The notes under the pieces were generated by a model that saw only the letters and a program-made list of their open reading frames with translations, was not told the DNA's origin and made no database searches. DNA of 64,000 bases from contig JAVVGL010000002.1 in NCBI GenBank assembly GCA_032249135.1, forward strand, positions 32,001 to 96,000, in the 5' to 3' direction. Numbering within the stretch: position 1 is the first letter of the stretch; every line of letters starts with the position of its first letter. Shown piece after piece: positions 48,546-57,331 of the stretch. This DNA is from Candidatus Calescibacterium sp. GTDB lineage: Bacteria; Calescibacteriota; Calescibacteriia; Calescibacteriales; Calescibacteriaceae. The position numbers and the translations under genes were made by a program.

Positions 48546-49595
48546 ATGAGATCCGCTCTATTTGTTTTCTCTATATTTTCGCTATGTGCAATAGGACTTC
48601 TGTTCATTTTTGGAATATCACCTATAAGGGGTGGATATGATCAATATCTTATGTTCAAAAAACAAGTCATAGCAGTTGTAATAGGAGTTGTACTTATGTT
48701 TCTTATTTCACAACTTTCACCTGATATATTGAGAAGGATCTCAGTTCCAATTTTTATCATCTGTTTCGCAGGAGTTATATCAACATTATTTTTAGGAAAA
48801 GGAAGCGCAAAAAGATGGCTCTATTTTCCCGGATTCTCAATTCAACCTGTGGAATTTTTCAAAGTATCTTATATTATCCTTCTGTCTAATTTGCTCTCAA
48901 AAATTAAACATGAAATAGATATATACGGATTTTTACTTTTTGTTCTGGCAAACGTAATTTTTACACTCCCTATTCTTCTTCAACCAGATTACGGAAACTT
49001 TATTATAATTTTTTCAATCACTACTTTTCTCCTTTTCATAAAGGGAGTAAAAATAAGATACATCTTATCTTTGCTGATACCTGCAATTCCCGCGTTTCTT
49101 GCACTTATATTTTTTTCTCCATACAGAATGAAAAGGATATTGGCATTTTTATCACCCTGGGATGACCCACAAGGGAAAGGATTTCAGATAATACAATCTA
49201 TGATTTCTTACTCTGCGGGAGGAATAAATGGATCAGGTATAGGAGAGGGGATGCAGAAACTTTTTTTCCTACCAGCTGCTCATACAGATTTTATAATATC
49301 TTCAATAGCAGAGGAAACTGGTCTTATAGGTATAACAGCAATTGTAATGCTCTTTTCAGTAATAACTTTTATTGGCTTTTCAACTGCAAAAAATATAAAA
49401 GATGAATTCTCAAAAATTTTAATTGCAGGAATTACATTCATGCTCTCAATTGAGGTAGTAATAAACTTATTTGTATCGGTCGGTCTTTTACCAGCAAAGG
49501 GATTACCCTTGCCATTTGTGAGCTATGGGGGTTCATCTATAATATCATCTTTCATAGCAGCAGGCATAATTTTACAAAGTATAACAAAAGAGTAG
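48546..49595 (+). CDS. ftsW: SEDS-family peptidoglycan glycosyltransferase
   Basis: AKRW, SIQPVE, LQPDYG, GFQIIQS, LPAAHTDFI, AEETG, KGLPLPFVSYGGSS. Confidence 0.88.
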   Translation: MRSALFVFSIFSLCAIGLLFIFGISPIRGGYDQYLMFKKQVIAVVIGVVLMFLISQLSPDILRRISVPIFIICFAGVISTLFLGKGSAKRWLYFPGFSIQPVEFFKVSYIILLSNLLSKIKHEIDIYGFLLFVLANVIFTLPILLQPDYGNFIIIFSITTFLLFIKGVKIRYILSLLIPAIPAFLALIFFSPYRMKRILAFLSPWDDPQGKGFQIIQSMISYSAGGINGSGIGEGMQKLFFLPAAHTDFIISSIAEETGLIGITAIVMLFSVITFIGFSTAKNIKDEFSKILIAGITFMLSIEVVINLFVSVGLLPAKGLPLPFVSYGGSSIISSFIAAGIILQSITKE

Positions 49596-49612
49596 AAAAA
49601 GAAAATATCTGC

Positions 49613-49652
49613 TTGATCTGATCAGAAAAAATTTGATCCGATCAGAAAAAAT
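49613..49652. repeat. 20-bp tandem duplication in the convergent ftsW/pntA spacer
   Basis: ttgatctgatcagaaaaaat / ttgatccgatcagaaaaaat (19/20 identical). Confidence 0.9.
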
Positions 49653-49683
49653 CAGAAATTTTAGCTCAAAGGTTTTCTATCTT

Positions 49684-50838
49684 TTAAATTTCACCGAGAA
49701 CTTTTCTAACAAGTGGACTCACAATCTTACCATCATGACAAACAGCGGTATCTCTTATTATCTCATCCTCAAAGTTGAGAACTATTTTCCCATCAACTAA
49801 AAGCAACCTTATAAAATTTGCTATATTTTTAGAGTAAAGAAATGAAGAATCACGAGGATAGTAATTTGCAGGATTGACCATACCTATTATTTTTACTCCT
49901 CTGAAATCTACAATTTTTCCAGGTTCTGTCAGCTCGCAATTTCCACCTTTTTCAGCTGCAAGATCCACAATTACAGAACCTGGTCTCATTTTCTCAACCA
50001 TATCGCGTGTTATAAGAACAGGAGCTTTTTTTCCCGGAACCATAGCAGTAGATATAACAACATCGGCAGCAGCGACATGTTCAGCCATAAGTTCTCTCTG
50101 CTTTTTGTAGAACTCTTCCCCCATAGCTTTTGCGTATCCACCCTCTGCTCTTGCTTCTTCTGTTTCAAGACCGAGCTCAACAAACTTTGCCCCAACACTT
50201 TGCACTTGCTCCTTTGTTTCAGGTCTTATATCATATCCCTCAACAACAGCTCCGAGTTTTTTAGATAAAGCCATGGCTTGAAGTCCAGCAACTCCCGCAC
50301 CTATGACAAAAACTTTTGCAGGCTTTATAGTCCCACCAGCAGTCATATAGAGAGGAAAGATCTTATCAAGATGTTTTGCAGCCTCAATAACTGCTGCATA
50401 ACCTGCAATCGTTGCCATAGAAGAGAGAGCATCCATGCTTTGAGCCCGAGATATACGAGGAATAAGTTCAACAGAAAATGCAGTAACTTTTTTCTCTGCT
50501 ATCTTTTTTATAACTTCCGGATACGCAAGAGGCTCCAAAAATCCCATTATTATTTTTCCTTCTTTCAGTAAAGGCAGATCTCTTTCCTCAACCTCCCGAG
50601 AAGCACCGGGACCTCTTACATATAAGATTATATCTGATTTTTCAAGAACTTCTTCACGAGATTCAGCTATTTCAACGCCAACTTTTTTGTAATCCTCATC
50701 TGAAATAAAAATTCCTTCTCCGTACCCCTTCTCTACGATTACTTTTGCACCCTTTTTTATGTATTGTTGTGCTACCTCTGGAATTATTGCAACGCGCCTT
50801 TCACCAGGGAATAACTCTTTTACTCCCCCTATTATCAT
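49684..50838 (-). CDS. pntA: NAD(P) transhydrogenase alpha subunit, soluble domain I only
   Basis: GERRVA, RISRAQSMDALSS, GAGVAGLQA, GGYAK, DLAAEKGGNCE; 384 aa with no membrane part. Confidence 0.93.
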   Translation of the reverse strand: MIIGGVKELFPGERRVAIIPEVAQQYIKKGAKVIVEKGYGEGIFISDEDYKKVGVEIAESREEVLEKSDIILYVRGPGASREVEERDLPLLKEGKIIMGFLEPLAYPEVIKKIAEKKVTAFSVELIPRISRAQSMDALSSMATIAGYAAVIEAAKHLDKIFPLYMTAGGTIKPAKVFVIGAGVAGLQAMALSKKLGAVVEGYDIRPETKEQVQSVGAKFVELGLETEEARAEGGYAKAMGEEFYKKQRELMAEHVAAADVVISTAMVPGKKAPVLITRDMVEKMRPGSVIVDLAAEKGGNCELTEPGKIVDFRGVKIIGMVNPANYYPRDSSFLYSKNIANFIRLLLVDGKIVLNFEDEIIRDTAVCHDGKIVSPLVRKVLGEI

Positions 50839-50939
50839 ACCCTATATTTTTTTTATGCCACCGAAACTTTCCTCTTTGACAGGAATTTACAAATAAAAAG
50901 AAAAAAAGAAAAAAATAAATATTGAATTATTGAAATATA

Positions 50940-52454
50940 ATGGCAACAAAATACCTCACCAAATTCTGGCGAAAACTTTTCCTTCATAACAAAATATTCA
51001 TTGGTCTGATAGCAGGAGCGATATTTGGAGCGGTTTTTAAGCAGGATCTCCGAAAATTAGAAATCATAATCAAAGAAGAAAAAACCGGTAAAAAGCAAAA
51101 GTTCGTGGTTGCAGGATGGGAAAAAGCAGAATTTATTTTAGGTGACTCAAAGATAGAGTTTTCAGAAAAAGACGGTACAATAAAAGTAATCAAATTTTTC
51201 CAAAACCTCCCTGATAAAGAAAAACTTGTAATAATTTTTCACAAAACAGGGAAAGCAGGAGAAGAAAGATTTGAGAGAGTAATTAGCATACAAAAAGTTG
51301 AAACTCCTGCTTCTGCAATAAAGCCAGTAGGAATCATTTTTGTGCGTCTTTTAGTTTTTATTGCTATTCCTCTGGTTATAGCTTCTTTGATTTCATCAAT
51401 AGCAAGCATTGGAGATATGAAAATGTTCGGTCAAATAACAGTAAAAACACTAACTTACTATATTATAACAACAGTAATAGCAATTGCAATAGGTCTTATT
51501 TGTGTAAATTTAATAAAACCAGGACTTAAAATTTCCCCTGATATAAAAGATAAAATCGCATCAGAGTATCATGCTGAAATAAAAGAAAGGATAGGAGAAG
51601 AGGTCAGATTTGATTTGATTGATTTCATCTTGAATATAGTTCCAACAAATCCAATAAATGCAGCAGCAAGCGGAAATATGCTTCAGATAATATTTTTTGC
51701 CGTCGCCTTTGGTCTTGCTTTAACAAAAATTGACAAAAATAAATCAGAAGTTATTACAAAGTTTTTTGACGGTGTAAGCGATGCAACCATAAAGATAGTA
51801 AATATTGTTATGAAAATTGCTCCTTATGGAGTTTTCGCTCTAATCTCCGCAACCGTCGCAGAATTCGGACCCGAAATCATTTACACCATGATATGGTATA
51901 TAGCTACTGTTCTTTTGGGTTTAGCAATTCATCTTTTCGGAACTTATTCTGTTTCTGTTAAAATTTTAGGAAAGGAAAATCCAATAAAATTTTTCAGAGG
52001 AATAAAAGAAGCACAAATTATTGCTTTCACCACAAGTTCAAGCGCTGCGACATTACCAGTAAATATTGAATGCATGGAAAAAAATCTTGGAGTTCCAAAA
52101 CAAATAGCAAACTTTGTATTACCTCTTGGTGCAACTGTGAACATGGACGGCACAGCGCTATATCAAGCAGTCGCAGCCGTATTTATAGCTCAAATATACG
52201 GAGTAGAAATTGGAATAGCTCAACAGCTTACAATAGTTCTAATTGCAACTTCCGCATCTGTTGGAACTGCCCCCGTTCCCGGAGCCGGAATAATCATGCT
52301 CGCTATAATTTTGAAATCAATAAGTGTCCCAGAAGAAGGAATAGCCCTAATACTCGGAGTTGATAGATTTCTTGATATGTGCAGGACGGTTGTGAATGTC
52401 ACAGGCGATGGAACAGCAGCACTTTTTATTGCAAGGAAAACAAGGAATAATTAA
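50940..52454 (+). CDS. Dicarboxylate/amino acid:cation symporter (GltP/GltT family)
   Basis: VPTNP, NMLQIIFF, AFTTSSSAATLP, GATVNMDG, GTAPVPGAG, DRFLDMCRTVVNVTGD. Confidence 0.93.
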   Translation: MATKYLTKFWRKLFLHNKIFIGLIAGAIFGAVFKQDLRKLEIIIKEEKTGKKQKFVVAGWEKAEFILGDSKIEFSEKDGTIKVIKFFQNLPDKEKLVIIFHKTGKAGEERFERVISIQKVETPASAIKPVGIIFVRLLVFIAIPLVIASLISSIASIGDMKMFGQITVKTLTYYIITTVIAIAIGLICVNLIKPGLKISPDIKDKIASEYHAEIKERIGEEVRFDLIDFILNIVPTNPINAAASGNMLQIIFFAVAFGLALTKIDKNKSEVITKFFDGVSDATIKIVNIVMKIAPYGVFALISATVAEFGPEIIYTMIWYIATVLLGLAIHLFGTYSVSVKILGKENPIKFFRGIKEAQIIAFTTSSSAATLPVNIECMEKNLGVPKQIANFVLPLGATVNMDGTALYQAVAAVFIAQIYGVEIGIAQQLTIVLIATSASVGTAPVPGAGIIMLAIILKSISVPEEGIALILGVDRFLDMCRTVVNVTGDGTAALFIARKTRNN

Positions 52455-52529
52455 CGAACCAAAAATCAATCAGACATGCATCAATCGTAAATACAGAAAA
52501 TCTGAGATTTTCCATTTAATCGGTTGAGT

Positions 52530-52558
52530 TTGCAATAATGTATCAAAAAAGATAAAAT
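52530..52558 (+). promoter_or_regulatory. Putative sigma70-type promoter for a leaderless flhA transcript
   Basis: TTGCAA (52530-35), 17 nt, TAAAAT (52553-58), 7 nt, ATG (52566); no SD. Confidence 0.6.
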
Positions 52559-52565
52559 TTTAGTT

Positions 52566-54641
52566 ATGAGGAGAGGAACAGATTTAATTGTTGCATTAGC
52601 TATATTTTCTATCTTGCTCATAATTCTTATACCACTACCATCGATCCTTATAGATTTTCTCATAATATTGAGCTTTTCAGCAGCTGTGATGATTTTATTT
52701 ACATCACTTTACATAAGACAACCAATAGAATTTTCAATATACCCTACAATTTTGCTGATAGTAACTCTATATAGGCTATCTTTGAATGTAGCAACAACGA
52801 GGAGAATTTTAGCTCACGGTCACGAGTTCGCAACAGGGGAAATCACAGGGAAAGTATCTTTCATAATAGAATTTTTCGGAAATGTTGTTATGGCTGGGAA
52901 TTTTGTAATTGGACTCATAATTTTCATAGTTTTAACAGTCATAAACCTTATTGTGATAACACGAGGAGCAGGAAGGATAGCTGAGGTTGCAGCAAGATTT
53001 ACTCTTGATTCCCTCCCCGGAAAACAACTATCAATAGATGCAGACCTTAACGCAGGACTTATAACGGTAGAAGAAGCAAAAGAAAGAAGACAAAGGCTCA
53101 CCCGTGAGGCAGATTTCTACGGCGCTATGGACGGAGCATCAAAATTCATAAGAGGAGAAGCAGTAGCTTCAATAATAATATTGTTTGTAAATATAATCGG
53201 AGGAATAATAATAGGAACTTTACAAAAAGGATTATCTATTGGAACAGCACTTTCAACATTTACAAAACTCACAGTCGGTGATGGTCTCGTTGCTCAAATA
53301 CCAGCTCTTATGGTATCAACATCAGCAGGAATAATAATTTCAAGGTCATCAGGTGAGATGGAATTTACACAAGATATAACAAAACAATTCACAGCATATC
53401 CAAAGGCAGTTTTAGCTTCTGCGATAGTAATTGCAATGTTGGGACTTATAGTTATGAACTGGGCAACTCCGATTTTTCTTATGCTCGCAGGCGGGCTTTT
53501 AGCATACGCAATAAGAGCCATAAGAAAAGAAGAAGAGAGCAAAAAATTTGAGACGGTTCTCAAAGAACAAAAGTTAGCACAGGAACTCAAAATGAAACCA
53601 GAGGAAGAAGAAAGACAGCTTGAAACCATTTTACAACCAGATGTACTGGGGCTTGAAGTCGGCTATGCACTCGTCCCTTACGTTGATGAAACACAGAATG
53701 GAGAAGTCGTAAGAAGAATAAAAGGTTTGAGAAGAACTCTCGCAGAAGAAATGGGAATAATTTTGCCCCCAGTTCACATAAGAGATAACCTTTCACTTAA
53801 ACCAAACGAATATGCAATAATTCTAAAAGGAGTTGAAATCATGAGAGGAGAAATAATCCCCGGAAAATATCTCGTTGTTGGAACAGAAAAACCAGATATA
53901 GAAGGAACACCAGCGAGAGACCCGGTATTTGGAGTTGAAACCGTTTGGATAGATGAATCTCAAAAACCCGAAGCTCTTGCAAAAGGATACACCGTTGTTG
54001 ACCCAGCATCAGTAATAATAACTCACTTTTCAGAAATGGTAAGAAGAAACGCTCATGAAATACTCACAAGGCAAGATACTCAAAAACTTCTTGACATAAC
54101 AAAGAAAAATTACCCTAAACTTGTAGAAGATGTAACAAACCTTGTATCGCTTTCTACAATTCACAGAGTTTTACAGAACCTACTCAAAGAAGGAATTCCA
54201 ATAAAAGACCTCATAACAATTCTTGAAGCGATTGGAGATTGGGGTGGAACTGTAAAAGATCCCGACCAGCTTACAGAGTATGTAAGGCAAGCTCTGTGGA
54301 GACAAATTACAAAAATGTATGAAACAAATGGAGAAATAATAGCAATAAGTTTAGATCCACAAACAGAGGAGAAAATATTAGAGGGTATAGAAGAAAAAGA
54401 AGGAGTAATAAAAATAAAAATTCCGCCACAATTTATCCAAAAGCTTATTAATTCAATAAGTGAGAATATCCAAAAATTCGTAAAGTATAAAGCTCAACCC
54501 ATAGTAATTACATCACAGCAAACAAGGAGATTTGTAAAAAGAATGATTGAAAATTATTTCCCTATGGTTCCAGTAATTTCTTATCAGGAAATAGACCCAA
54601 AAATTAAAATAAGAATTCTCGGAATAATAAAATCTGAATAA
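52566..54641 (+). CDS. flhA: Flagellar biosynthesis protein FlhA
   Basis: RLSLNVATTR, RIAEVAARFTLDSLPGKQLSIDADL, FYGAMDGASKF, VGDGLV, VHIRDN. Confidence 0.96.
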   Translation: MRRGTDLIVALAIFSILLIILIPLPSILIDFLIILSFSAAVMILFTSLYIRQPIEFSIYPTILLIVTLYRLSLNVATTRRILAHGHEFATGEITGKVSFIIEFFGNVVMAGNFVIGLIIFIVLTVINLIVITRGAGRIAEVAARFTLDSLPGKQLSIDADLNAGLITVEEAKERRQRLTREADFYGAMDGASKFIRGEAVASIIILFVNIIGGIIIGTLQKGLSIGTALSTFTKLTVGDGLVAQIPALMVSTSAGIIISRSSGEMEFTQDITKQFTAYPKAVLASAIVIAMLGLIVMNWATPIFLMLAGGLLAYAIRAIRKEEESKKFETVLKEQKLAQELKMKPEEEERQLETILQPDVLGLEVGYALVPYVDETQNGEVVRRIKGLRRTLAEEMGIILPPVHIRDNLSLKPNEYAIILKGVEIMRGEIIPGKYLVVGTEKPDIEGTPARDPVFGVETVWIDESQKPEALAKGYTVVDPASVIITHFSEMVRRNAHEILTRQDTQKLLDITKKNYPKLVEDVTNLVSLSTIHRVLQNLLKEGIPIKDLITILEAIGDWGGTVKDPDQLTEYVRQALWRQITKMYETNGEIIAISLDPQTEEKILEGIEEKEGVIKIKIPPQFIQKLINSISENIQKFVKYKAQPIVITSQQTRRFVKRMIENYFPMVPVISYQEIDPKIKIRILGIIKSE

Positions 54642-54738
54642 CAAAATAGGGAAAAAGTAAATTTGAGAAAAGAAAATTTAAAAAAGAAGAATTTTTTTGA
54701 TGACAAAGCAAAAGGAATAGAAAGAAAGAGTAAATAAG

Positions 54739-55293
54739 ATGAAAAAGCCGGAAAACATATTTACAGGGGCAAGAATAGTAGGATCTTTTATAATGCCTTT
54801 TCTTCTTGTTGCAGATATTCCGAGATTGATACCATTCATATCCTACATAATATTTGCTCTGACGGATATCGTAGATGGCTTCATTTCAAGAAGGAGAAAA
54901 AATGAAAAAAACAATTCAGATTCCTCGGGCGATATTTTAGACCCAGTTGCAGACAAAATGCTCTTTATTTCTTCGCTCATAACACTGATATATATTCAGA
55001 AAATCCCTTTATTTGTGTCAGTAATAATAACTTTAAGAGAAATTTTCATTTTGGGTTTAAGAGCAATTGCAGAAAGATACAAAATACACATAAAAAGCTC
55101 CCTTCTTGCAAAACTTAAAACATTCACAGGAAATGTTGCAGTATCAGCTTATATACTAAAAGATGAATACTTTGGAATATCGGCTCAAACCGTAGGAGAT
55201 ATTTTTATAATTTTATGCTTTATCTTATCTATAATAAGTGGAGCGGAATACATTACTTTCTTCCAAAAAGAAAAAAGAAAAATCTCAAAATAG
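54739..55293 (+). CDS. CDP-alcohol phosphatidyltransferase (PgsA-like)
   Basis: TD.VDG.ISR...G.ILDPVADK, REI.I.GLR, K.KT. Confidence 0.88.
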   Translation: MKKPENIFTGARIVGSFIMPFLLVADIPRLIPFISYIIFALTDIVDGFISRRRKNEKNNSDSSGDILDPVADKMLFISSLITLIYIQKIPLFVSVIITLREIFILGLRAIAERYKIHIKSSLLAKLKTFTGNVAVSAYILKDEYFGISAQTVGDIFIILCFILSIISGAEYITFFQKEKRKISK

Positions 55294-55313
55294 TTTATCT
55301 TTACACATCAGAA

Positions 55314-55691
55314 TTATATCAGATATAATTTAGTTACTCTTGGGTCAATTATTACATCTTCTTTTTCAAAATCAAGTTTTAATCTCCATGCTTGCATAGT
55401 CTTTGCTCCAATTATCACTTTTTCTGAAAGATTTTCAAGCACCATAAACTCATCTGAAAACCTGTAACCATCAATATAAAATGTGAGTGGTATGCGGCTT
55501 TTGACTTCCATCTTCCTCCCTTTTTCAGCAGTGTATAATTCAAAAGGTTCTAATAAACTCACTATTCCACCTAACTCTTCTGCCAATTCCTTATCAATAC
55601 ACGAATAAGACGCTCCTGAATCAAATAACGCAATCTCCTTTCTTCTACTTTTAGAACCAACCAATTCTATCTCCTTTCGTATAATCGCCAT
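55314..55691 (-). CDS. Retropepsin-like (clan AA) aspartyl protease, copy 2
   Basis: Catalytic motif ALFDSGAS and second motif VIIG; 125 aa. Confidence 0.85.
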   Translation of the reverse strand: MAIIRKEIELVGSKSRRKEIALFDSGASYSCIDKELAEELGGIVSLLEPFELYTAEKGRKMEVKSRIPLTFYIDGYRFSDEFMVLENLSEKVIIGAKTMQAWRLKLDFEKEDVIIDPRVTKLYLI

Positions 55692-55693
55692 AT

Positions 55694-56122
55694 CTATATT
55701 TTAATACTAAAATTGCTAATTACAGAATCTTGAGAAGAAATTAGAATTATCAGCTGAATTTCAGTCACTCTTGGGTCAATTATTATATCTTCTTTTTCAA
55801 AATCAAGTTTTAATCTCCACGCTTGCATAGTCTTTGCTCCAATTATTACTTTCTCCGAAAGATTCTCAATAATCAAAAACTCGTCTGAAAATCGGTAACC
55901 ACTAAGATAAAAATCTAATACCACCCTTTCTTTAACCTCCATATAATTTTTTTCTTGCGCAGTTATTAATCTGATAGGTCGCGTTAGGGGTAAAATAATC
56001 TCCAATTCTTGAGCTATTTCTTTTCTTATGCAGGAATATGTTGCCCCTGAATCAAATAATGCTATCTCCTTTCTTTTGCCTTTAGAACCAACCAACTCTA
56101 TCTCCTTTCTTATGATCGCCAT
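55694..56122 (-). CDS. Retropepsin-like (clan AA) aspartyl protease, copy 1
   Basis: ALFDSGAT and VIIG. The start is set at ATG 56122 by homology with copy 2; this copy has a 17-aa longer C-terminus. Confidence 0.85.
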   Translation of the reverse strand: MAIIRKEIELVGSKGKRKEIALFDSGATYSCIRKEIAQELEIILPLTRPIRLITAQEKNYMEVKERVVLDFYLSGYRFSDEFLIIENLSEKVIIGAKTMQAWRLKLDFEKEDIIIDPRVTEIQLIILISSQDSVISNFSIKI

Positions 56123-56146
56123 ATTTATAATATAGAGCAAATTTCT

Positions 56147-56284
56147 CTACCAAATAAGTCCTTCTAACTCTTTTATGTCTTTAAGTTCTGCTGGATGTTT
56201 TTCATAATCTGGTGGAGCAAGTTCTTCATGATGAATGTTGTTAGCTATCCATTTGATTTCGTTTTCGTTAAGTAGATCTTTTGA
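56147..56284 (-). pseudogene. Startless 45-codon coding-like fragment
   Basis: SKDLLNENEIKWIANNIHHEELAPPDYEKHPAELKDIKELEGLIW* lies immediately after, and in frame with, the SpoIID/LytB stop. Confidence 0.4.
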
Positions 56285-57256
56285 TTAGTAGATTTTTTTG
56301 AGCTTCAGGAGTGGGAAATAAAAGAGCAAAATTTCCCTCCAAGACTTGCCTTCCTCGGCAAGCTTTTTTGCTCCCCACTGACACATCCCGACGCCGTGCC
56401 CAAATCCTCTCCCAAAAAACAAAATATAATTTTCATCATCAATTTCAAACGAGAAAAAATTACTCGGCAATCCCAAAACCTCTCTTATCTGATTGTATCC
56501 AAGATAAAAACCCGGATTCAAAAAAATCTTTCTGACCCTCCCAGAACTCGTATGCTCATAGGAAAAAGAAAAAAATTTAGATATCCTTTCTGATATTGGG
56601 TCATCTTCCTTCTTTAAAATCTTCTGAATATCGCTAATTTTAAACTTTCTCCTCCAGAAAAAATAAGGTGAATCGTAGCATTTATTGCATTTTACAGATA
56701 TGATGAAATTTTTGATCTCCGGGTCCTGATCGCTATTCCACAACTCATATGCGTTCTCGGTTGAGCCACCACATGTTGAATGAAAAAATCCCGGCGCAAT
56801 ATTACCTGATGGAAAAGTAAGAACCCATCCTCTTGTTTCAAAAACAGCTTTCCTGACTTTTCCAAAAAAATCCCTATATTCGTCCAAAGGAATCCAGACC
56901 TGATCAGACTGACTTGCTAAAAATTCTTTTTTTCCTCTGATGATGTGATATATCGTCCACGACCTCGCAACAACAGCCTGTGCCTTTAAAACCTCCTCTT
57001 CCCATTTGAGCGGTATTTCTCCTGCAACTACTCCTTGAAGGTATTCTTCTAATTCAAGCCTTATTTTTTTGCCTTTATAAACTACCCAAACAGAATAGGA
57101 ATAAGAAGGTATGCAAAAGAAATAAAAAAAGAAAATCAGGAAAGATAGGAAAGAAAAAACGAGTCCATAAGCTCTAAATAAAAAATTTTCTAATTTCTTT
57201 CTAAAAATTTGAAGATTCACTATAATTAAATTATATAAAAAACGGGGAAGAGTCAT
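56285..57256 (-). CDS. SpoIID/LytB-domain lytic transglycosylase-like protein
   Basis: LEEYLQGVVAGE, LKAQAVVARS, FHSTCGG.TE, GRGFGHGVGMCQWGA, ILLFYFP. The true start may be downstream of 57256. Confidence 0.9.
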   Translation of the reverse strand: MTLPRFLYNLIIVNLQIFRKKLENFLFRAYGLVFSFLSFLIFFFYFFCIPSYSYSVWVVYKGKKIRLELEEYLQGVVAGEIPLKWEEEVLKAQAVVARSWTIYHIIRGKKEFLASQSDQVWIPLDEYRDFFGKVRKAVFETRGWVLTFPSGNIAPGFFHSTCGGSTENAYELWNSDQDPEIKNFIISVKCNKCYDSPYFFWRRKFKISDIQKILKKEDDPISERISKFFSFSYEHTSSGRVRKIFLNPGFYLGYNQIREVLGLPSNFFSFEIDDENYILFFGRGFGHGVGMCQWGAKKLAEEGKSWREILLFYFPLLKLKKIY

Positions 57257-57331
57257 GATACGGGGAAATCAACAAAAACAAAATTTGTGCAAATGGAAGA
57301 GATGGATAAAATTGAATAGGAGGAAAAAGAG

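Noticed and set aside
55314..56122. Protease pair as a diversity-generating retroelement TR/VR pair or retroelement gag-pol remnant
   Set aside because: Both copies are full ORFs, the differences do not appear adenine-restricted, and no reverse transcriptase or integrase is in the window.
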